From Raillietiella orientalis (lineage: Eukaryota): a DNA stretch of 64,000 bases. Below, piece by piece: positions 55,601 to 64,000 of the stretch. Position numbers and translations under genes: made by a program. The stretch covers positions 1,674,001-1,738,000 of the forward strand of contig JAYWIR010000015.1 of NCBI GenBank assembly GCA_036172245.1. Direction: 5' to 3'. Each line of letters begins with the position of its first letter. Positions within the stretch are counted from its first letter, which is position 1. The notes under the pieces were generated by a model. The model made no database searches and had not been told where the DNA came from. It saw only the letters and a list, made by a program, of their open reading frames with translations.

Positions 55601-55805
55601 TACAAAACTTTCTATTATTTTTCAGATCTGCTTCACTAATTAATCCTCTTTCACTAGCTTTTTGAATGGCCACCTCTAACTGTTTTTCATACATTTCTTG
55701 CAAATACTTCCTTTTTTTCTCTTCATTTTCCCAAGTTTCACGACTTAATTCGATTGCATATTCGAGATCCTTTTGGTATTTTTCGTCCCACTTACCATGA
55801 AACAT
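46650..55805 (-). CDS. PIK3C2: class II phosphoinositide 3-kinase (PIK3C2 / Pi3K68D-like), multi-exon
   Basis: N-terminal UIM-like DLEYAIELSRET. RBD and C2 exons follow, then helical FLPQLVQALRHE. The kinase domain has FKIGDDLRLD, YVLGLCDRHSDNIM, HIDFSRLLG and RDRAPFVLTPDM. PX domain FRSYREFCELH. C-terminal C2 YVKVYLQPD..TKRKTRVVKK..QENEFLGAV. Confidence 0.96.
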
Positions 55806-57099
55806 CCCTACATTGGAACACTAACCTGCGCAAATCGCAATCGTAGAGGTCCCAGAACCCGTCGTTCCTTCGGAAAAGTTCAAATATGTGATGTTTGCTG
55901 ATAAAGAACATGCAATCATCAATCGTGAGATTTCAAATATTTTCAGTTAGGATTTCGAATTAACACGAAGTAAGTATCTCGACCTAATGTTTCAAATGAG
56001 GGGTTGTGAAGAATCTTTGGCTGAAATCGTTTTGATGTGAAGAAATCAAACACCAAATCCATTAAAGCAAGATGCCAGGAAATATATTACTATCAGATGT
56101 CTTAAGAATATTTTTTTCAGATCACAATTTTAGCTTTTCAGCTCAATTTTTCAAGTAATACGTAATTCGTCGACTGCATTAAGATGAAATTTCTGCCAAA
56201 TTGATAATACATGTTCATTTTTTTTTCCTTCATTGAAAAAGACAGGTAAGCTAGATCTGATATCAAGGATCAAACTCTGTACATGTCAAGAGTCTTAGCT
56301 ATCCCTACATCCCCACAATTACAGCCCATGAACAATGTTCGGACATCGTGTTATTCCTCAAACCTATACATGGCATAAAGGCAAAAGAGACTCAGTATCC
56401 GGTCAAGCATATTGCTCTAAGAAAATACAAATTTAGTAAGTCTGAGAATCTGGATTATACATCTACTAAAATAGACAAGCCTGGTGCATATTAGATGCAA
56501 AACAATACTCCTAACGAATTCTAACTTAAGTATACCGAAGAGTATTTCCTCTTTCATCACCTTACTTAGTTAAGCCAGACTATCCGCGAAGACTCTACAA
56601 GTATCGAGCAATTACAACTGTCGAACCGTCCACATGAATTCTCCAGCTGTGACAAAAGGTCGGTCCATGTAATGCACATCGAACCGTTCACTCGAAGAAT
56701 ATTTTAAATCTACTTTCAAGATTTTTTATAAATAACATAATTAAAATCAGGAACAAAATTAATATTATCACGTAATGAATAAATCATGTATATAAATATT
56801 TTTATGTTACACAATAATATTGAAATTATGTAGATTTATACTAAAATATATTTGTATCAATTAATTAATTTATATTAAAAATTATAAAACACACACTTTC
56901 ACCTCCAAATTATTTTAGAATAAATTAAAATAAATAAACCTTCACTACTGCATAAAAATGACTAATTAATCCAAACACTTTAAAGATAAAACTTAAAATC
57001 TCTACCTAATTCTAATTACCACTACTTCACATGAAACCATTACCAGAGATAAGAACACTAGCAGGACAAGCATAGAAAAGCATCATTATATGAACATTG

Positions 57100-57420
57100 T
57101 GATTTAAAGCATCATACCGATCAAGGTATAGCAAAAAACGGTGAGCTAATCGTTAGATTCGACTCAATGTGGCAAACATTGACTATAATGTGACTGAGAC
57201 TTTGAATATCCTACCATACTGGATCATGGATTATAGTCGAAATGCCGTCTTGCTTCACGATAGACGGGACATTCAATGGACTGACAAGAAAAAGTCTAAA
57301 ATAGGGATGCAACGAGATGGACATGCGAAGTTTAGTTAGTCCTGAGAGAGATCACATAACAGTATAGAGAATGATGTGCAACTGTGTGAAGTGTGAAAGA
57401 TATTTGTGTGAAGTTCTCTA
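57100..57420 (+). mobile_element. possible highly decayed BEL/Pao integrase zinc-finger remnant
   Basis: GH...RMMCNCVKCER and an upstream GELIVR loosely resemble BEL motifs. There are many stops. Confidence 0.3.
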
Positions 57421-58745
57421 GACTTGAAATTTCATATGAAGATTGATGACAGCTGCCGGATTCAGAAGCTTCGATAATAAAAGATAGTTTATTTTCATAC
57501 TTATTGACACACCAATGTTTATAATTTTGTAAGAGTTCATTTCCGATTACTAATTTTGGTCAAATGGTAGTCACACCATACCTATTTTTCTCTCATGCTT
57601 CCGTTTCATCTACGAATCACAATAAAGTATTAGCCAATCCCTTATGATGACTTATTTCAGTACCATGAAGTCAATGAAGTCAGTTTGCTCCCTCTAGCCA
57701 CGAAATGCTTTAAAAAATTGGGACCAAACTTGCGATCTCGGAATGTGGACAAATAAGATAACCCTATTTTGTTTACTCGGAGGTATCCCTGATAAGGTAA
57801 CCTAAAAACCAACGATAAAGAAGACTATTTGACAAACATAACTCGAGGATTTCGGAGTAATCGAAAGAAATTCAAATTAGAAAAATAGACGTAAACATGA
57901 AGTCGGTGACTTCAAGAGCAATGCATTTTCACTGATGAGATTTTACTCTTGAGAAAATGATTAAGTGAAAGGAGGACCGATTAATACTTGATACTAATAC
58001 AATTGTGTGCACAAAGGTTCATGAATTTGTTCTTTACTTCGAAATTATGGCGAGACTACTGAATTAGTGCACGCAATTTGTGTCAGAATTATTGAATAAA
58101 AAAGAGGAAATCTATCTGTCTGCACACTATTATGGAGAGATGATAAGAAATACTATTACTGTAATACGTGGAGAGGAACAACAGCTATCTAATGTCCATC
58201 ATGAACGATGCTTTGCATTTAATTCAATTCAGTTCAAATTGATCTTGCTTACGAGCGAAGGAAGATTGTGGGTTAGAAATTCAAATTTTTAGAATACATC
58301 TCAGGACTTCAAGCAAATACTGTCAAAAATGCAGACCTAATAATGCGATCCCATAAACAAAATTAATGACGTATTCTAGTGAGATCCGAATTCTAGTCAG
58401 GTCGAATTCTCTCATCGTCAATGCCAATAGCAGTCCAAGACCTTATAAAGACAATAAAATGCTATTCATATTTGAGAATCAATTGCAAAAACTTGACTTT
58501 TTTCAGTGCTAGGATTTTCAAGAGTGTCAAAAGCGTCGATAAAACTATAGTCTCTTCTATTTTTCGCGAAGGAGTGTTATTAGTAGGTCTTTTCCTTTTC
58601 TTTTTTTTTTTTTAGTGGAACTCTTGTGTTCACAAAACTATCATACCGTTTTTCGGATTTTATGCGGTTTTAGTTTAAGAATGTGAACACACCAAAATAA
58701 ATATGATTCATTAACTTCGTCAAATTTCTTGTTTCCCAACAAAAA

Positions 58746-59473
58746 TTTTATCTAAACTATCAAAATCTTGCATAGGAATAACTGTCACATCATCTGGAAC
58801 TGGAGGAAAATACACCTTATCTCCTAAGACTGGGATTTCTAAAACTGGAACAAATAAATCACAATCAAACAGAGAAGTAAAGACTGCAATTCCTACCCAA
58901 CCTCCCCAACAACTGGGCTGGACGCAATCCCAATGGAGGTGCAGGCCCAATTCGTTTATCAGATATTGGAGGCCACAATTCCAAAATAAAAAGTCCTTGT
59001 CGCATCCTCCTAAGTGGCATTTTAAAGCATTATAGATTTCTTATTTACTATTCTGATTACATTAACAAATTGTATACATACCCTTTGCAGTCTATTAACT
59101 GTAAGGCAGTCCAAGCTAATTCAACATACGAAAGTTGATTTTCAGTATTTTGTAATCCTACCAAGGAAAAGACGATACGAGATTCACGGGGCAAAAGGCA
59201 CAAGGGAACATCTGGAAACCGGAGCCTGAAACAATTATGAATCTTACAGAATTTATGCTACCTTGAGGCGTTTTCAACATTAGTAAAGATTTAGCAAACC
59301 GAATACATACAAATTTCTGATACTTAAATTACAATAAATGCACTGAAAAGATAATCAAAACATTACGTAAGTATACAACTGATTTTTTATTCTATTATGT
59401 GCTTTTTTTTTTCACAATTCTACAACATATGTTCTCTATCTTCACTTTACATGTATTTTATTTTCATCATGTT
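58746..59473 (-). pseudogene. near-identical direct duplicate of PI3K segment 49563-50290 (C2-domain exons plus introns)
   Basis: About 728 bp are colinear from ttttatctaaactatc to ttcatcatgtt. I saw one substitution (ccttttgcag vs ccctttgcag). Introns are retained. Confidence 0.95.
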
Positions 59474-59476
59474 CCA

Positions 59477-59521
59477 AATGCTATGGAGTGTAAGTGATAG
59501 TCACTTACACTCCATAGCATT
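59477..59521. repeat. perfect 21-bp-arm hairpin with 3-nt loop
   Basis: aatgctatggagtgtaagtga-tag-tcacttacactccatagcatt. Confidence 0.95.
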
Positions 59522-61741
59522 GGTAAGGGTAAGCATTTCTCCATAACATCAGCGTAAGCTCATCCCTGATTCAGGAATGTCGGAGAAAAGCAAAACAAAA
59601 CACCGAAATCAGTATGCGAATGTTGTGCACGAACTTTTTGCCATAGCTTCGGCATTCTTTCATTTCTTTAATCTTCCACTGAAGGAACGACACATTCGTT
59701 ACCTGCACTCTTACTTTCAGGATCCATCATCAAGGTTGCGTTTCAGGTAATCGGTTATGCTCTTGTTCGCCTGCAAGCAAGAAGCCATCCATAGAGGTTT
59801 AGACGACAAAAACTTTCTGGAATCTCCCTCGCGAGAGACAATACCGAAAAATAGAATAATTCGAAATGGAAAAAGAGTTTGATTGCCTCGATCTCTAAGG
59901 CTCCCCGTTGATCTCTAAGGCTTCTCTAAGGCTTCCTGTAGTCAAGATCGTAATCATGGCCTGCTCCAGGGTGCTTCACATGAGCGAAACGATGACCGAT
60001 TTCAAATGCAAAAAATCACCATGGCACAATACCTCATCCGGACTTGAAATCAAATGGCTCATTTCTGAGCCACTTGGCAATCATTTCAGATTTTCTCGGA
60101 CATAATTGTGGATGGCATTTTTTCGATGTCTTCATCTTTGGACAATCAGAGGGAATGACAAAGCACAAAGTGCAGAGCTCATTCTCGGGATTTCGGTTAG
60201 GAAGTTCATTTCCGCATTGATTCTTCACGTGTTTCGAAAGGGTGACTTCTTTCGAAGGTACTTCGGAAACCCCAGATTTTCGATACGGTAATCGATCATC
60301 TGTGACTAGCAAGACCCAGCCAAACCACTCTTATCTACATTAAAAGTGCATTTCCTCAAGTCGGACTTGCATCAGTTCCGGGAACAAGGCGCTCGGATAG
60401 TCCAAAGTGAAGTGTTCCAAGTTTGAATTCGATTAAGGCTTGAAGTCAGCCCCAGTGAATCCCATGAGTTTTCGAAACTGATTCCAGATTGCACCCACTG
60501 AAAACGACCATTTCCATGAACACTTTGTTTTGCTTTGCGAAAAGGCATAAACAAAAAAAAAAAAGGAAAAAATTCGACATTCCCCTTCAAATTTTTCGTT
60601 TTCCCATTTTTCCAATGTTGCTGTGTTTTCATGCCAAACTCCCCACGCAGAGGGAACTTCCAGGAAGCCCTCTCCTCCACTGGACCTGACCCCCAAGTGG
60701 GCCTTCCGGCGGCGGTGCGCGCGCCAAGAGCCGTGCAAGGTGGGCGCGCGGGTCTGACAAAGGGAACTCGTTTAAAGCATAAACTCTGGATGGGTGACCC
60801 TTTTGCTTGAGCAACCTTTTATATAGGAGTTACGTGCCTATTTGTGGGCCATGCCACATCTGAGTGCTGTTACAGCCTGCAACAAGGTTTTTTTCCGAGC
60901 TTCCATGTTTCCCGAACCCGACCGTCGTCTCCGAGATTCGACCTTTTTTTTTTTTTTTATGGCACCGGAAAGCTTGTCAGCAGGGCTGGGCATGTGCCGT
61001 TGCACGGTGTGTGTGTTTGTAACGTGTTTTTGACAATTACGTGTGCAAGCAGGCACTGCCAAAAGTTCGTGTAAAATGAATTTCTTGCTCCAATGATGCT
61101 TGCTGCGGAGCAAGTGCTCTTTGATAAAGATTTCACGATGAAGTGTAATTACGTTTTATAAATTGCCATGCCAATTCGTGCGTGTTTTAGAAGTTGCAAG
61201 TTGTTTGTAAATTCTTTTCTTTTTTTCCCCCTGTTCATCGCGTGTGTACGGTATTCACCTTGGCGAGGCAGACATAAGGCACGCTGTCAGGCCAAAGGAC
61301 CGCAATAACAAAAGTGCTGTCGTTGCTTGGAGACTGCTTCGAGCGGTGGACCGTTGAAATGGTATGCATTTCGTCGAAGCTCAGAACACATCTCGTTAAT
61401 TTTTGAACTTTCTGTAACGTGATTTGGAGTGTGATTTTAGTCATGTAATGTTTGTGCCTTTTTCGAACTCCTGTCCGAAGCCGGGAGGTGCATAGATTTT
61501 TTAAAATGAAATTGCATGGGATTGCAAACAGACGTAGTTTGCCATAGTTCAGTGTTTAAATGTCACTGTGCATGCCTTAATGTTTTCGAGATTTTTGTGT
61601 CAGCATTTTGTATCAGTCAATTTTTTTTTTTTTTTAAAGTGCAGTCATTCTTTACAATGTGTGCGTTATAACCTTTGTGCAAGAGTTATTCACATTGTCT
61701 TTTACTTTAGGATAGGCGCTATTATTATTTATTTAAAAGGA

Positions 61742-61975
61742 ATGTCTATGAAAAGTGATCTCTACTTTTCAAGCGAAAAGCAGTTTGGAGATTATAGTGC
61801 ATTTTACGTTGGAGTTTCCATTATAACTGTAGTGTTTTTGTTGTTGACTTTATTTAATATTGTAATGTGTTGTGGCCATTATCGTCATTACTGGAATGAT
61901 AAAAATACAGGAAATCGCCTAATTTTACCTCTTTGGGTCTCATCTCCAGACCAAAATCAACCAATAGAATTTTGA
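61742..61975 (+). CDS. small single-pass membrane protein 1 (77 aa; alternative ATG at 61748)
   Basis: MSMKSDLYFSSEKQFGDYSAFYVGVSIITVVFLLLTLFNIVMCCGHYRHYWNDKNTGNRLILPLWVSSPDQNQPIEF has a clear hydrophobic helix and a juxtamembrane CC. A splice acceptor (ttttactttag) lies ~32 nt upstream. Confidence 0.7.
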   Translation: MSMKSDLYFSSEKQFGDYSAFYVGVSIITVVFLLLTLFNIVMCCGHYRHYWNDKNTGNRLILPLWVSSPDQNQPIEF

Positions 61976-62002
61976 TTTAAACAGTACTTAAAAATCACCA
62001 AT

Positions 62003-62185
62003 ATGGGATTCCACATTTTTTGGCCCCCTCTGAGCATTTTAGTTCTTTTTGTGGGTGTTGTTTTAGTGCTTGTCATAAAGTATGGCCATAAGTGTTTTCA
62101 TGTTCCAAGTGGTCAAATAATTGCTACACCAGATGTGACCATGAAAGTGCAAACTTCTAAGCTTTATAAAGAAATTTCCGTCTAA
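62003..62185 (+). CDS. small single-pass membrane protein 2 (60 aa)
   Basis: MGFHIFWPPLSILVLFVGVVLVLVIKYGHKCFH..KLYKEISV has a good ATG context (aatATGg) and a hydrophobic helix followed by basic residues. An AT-rich, 3'UTR-like sequence follows. Confidence 0.68.
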   Translation: MGFHIFWPPLSILVLFVGVVLVLVIKYGHKCFHVPSGQIIATPDVTMKVQTSKLYKEISV

Positions 62186-64000
62186 AACATGATTTTAGGT
62201 GCCTTAATGTATATAATTTTATGAATGTATTTAAAACTAGTATTTCATATTGTATGCATGACATGATTCCTTGATTGTATTATTACTAGTTATGTATACT
62301 GCTTGAGCTGTTGCACTTGAAAATATGCTTTGCTTTAATTTCAGCTTATTTGAAAACCTGTGTAAGGATTGCTTCCTGATCTATTTTTATGGATGACCTC
62401 AGTGTAAGAGATGCACATTCTTAATGTAAACATATAAAAAAATATATTTTGTATTCATGATCATTTTGGATTAAAATTATTAAGGGTGATGGATGGTTTG
62501 TTTGATTTTTTTTAGCTAAAAATGAAATGCTTATGGTAATCTTACTTGCAAAAGATGTATGTATTTTCTTGCAATCCATTTCATAGGAAAATTTCCAAGT
62601 GCTCCATATTTATTATCGGATATCGTAGGTTAGTTGGAGAAAATTTGCCTTCACACCGAAAAAATCAGTATTATGGTGAGCATGAACGAACTTGTCACTC
62701 CATTCCTATGCAAGTTATTTAAAATCAGAGATTTGCAGGAACAGTTACTTTTTCCATGTAGGTGGTGGTTCACTTATGTCTTTATCCGTACATGTAGCGT
62801 ATTTTATATTTGTACAGAAAGCATTACACATCAAGTTTCAGTGGTTCTTCCATGCAATCATGCAATTTGAAAATAAATTTCGTGAATTCTTTTAGATTAA
62901 CGTAAGTTTTGACTTTCATCGAGTACCAACAAAAGAAAGCACTTATGCCTTACACCATAATCTAGTGACCTGATTACATTTGGGTGTATCCAGTGGTGGT
63001 TCATGCTGGGGGGGTGTACCAACTGTGTGCTACATGCAATACGAATGCCCAAGACGCTGGTGTCGAGCCTTTGGATGATTCAGTGCTGCTTGCAAGCCCA
63101 TGGATTCCCTTCGAAATGCCGTACTTTTTGATTTGCTGCTATGTGACCAGCATGTTACCTGCCGTGTGACCAGCTTCAGCAGCGACACCCAAGTTTTGCC
63201 GTGAAGCACTGGCAGCAGATGTTGAGCTGCTTAGGTCTTCAGGAAGGCCATGTTTTCGACTCGGTCGGCAACGCATCTCCAATTTGTTGATCTGTTTTGC
63301 TCAAAATAACGACACAGGTTTCTTTCCACACCCATCACTCTTGTGTGGTGCGTTTCTTTGTGGTTCCAAGAATGATCCAAGGAAGGTTCTAACGATGGCT
63401 TGTAGCATAGTGCACGTCTTTTCTATGTCATTCCCGATTATACGAAATCTTTGACCGTGAGGAGAAGACCTTGAGCTCTGCCCGAAGTTCCCTCCTCGTG
63501 GAACCGGCTGGAAATGTGGACCACCTCGGTTCTTCCTCATCCAGGTGAGCTTACGAAGCAATCTTCCTCATGTAAAAGGCTGCCATGCTGGCGACGTTCC
63601 TTCGCTGCGATCGCGTCTCCAAGACACGAGAAGTCTTTCTGTTGCATTTTGTGTAACCACCCTGACTACAGCTTGACGTTGAAGCTCGTTGCTTGGGATT
63701 CGAAATGCATCTGTATGCAATGGCGGAAAACATATCAAAAACGAATAAATTTGGTCAGCTCTCAGTGGAATGCATCGGCGACCTCTTCCTCAGTTTGTGA
63801 CCACATTGCTTACGTGCTTCGAAAAAATTAACCAGGAGGCATCTATAGATGTAGGTCATGATATTCCGGAGATTCTGAATAAGCAAATGCTTCCAAATAT
63901 TCTTGAGAGTCTCTAAATGTTTCCTTTTTATTTTTTCAAACCACGAGGAAATACCTTCCGCCCCACATCTATTTGCCGTTTGTGTGACGGATTCGTATGT

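Noticed and set aside
58720..58950. 76-aa ORF as an independent gene
   Set aside because: It is part of the duplicated PI3K fragment and spans exon and intron sequence.
60034..60312. Cys-rich ORF resembling a piggyBac C-terminal domain
   Set aside because: Cys/His spacing is incomplete and no transposase core or TIRs were seen.

Overview
Eukaryotic nuclear DNA from an animal, probably a pancrustacean, because the mitochondrial insertion shows the order cox1-trnL2-cox2. Bases 1-12 kb are repeat-rich: a decayed NUMT, L1/Tx1-type LINE remnants, a fold-back insertion and local duplications. A RERG/RASL-like small GTPase gene with five coding exons and long introns lies on the minus strand at 12.5-27.9 kb. 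From 28 to 56 kb is an AT-rich, very compact housekeeping cluster with many 37-55 nt introns: UTP20 (-), nucleobindin (+), CCDC134 (-) and class II PI3K (-). After that come a recent ~730 bp copy of PI3K exons ending at a perfect hairpin, and two tandem small membrane-protein ORFs 27 nt apart. The main theme is operon-like or interleaved same-strand packing. The UTP20 stop lies 95 nt before the GTPase ATG. The CCDC134 signal-peptide exon begins ~83 nt after the PI3K poly(A) signal and has no local ATG. The small ORF pair looks bicistronic. All gene models were read by eye, and family assignments rest on recalled motifs rather than searches.
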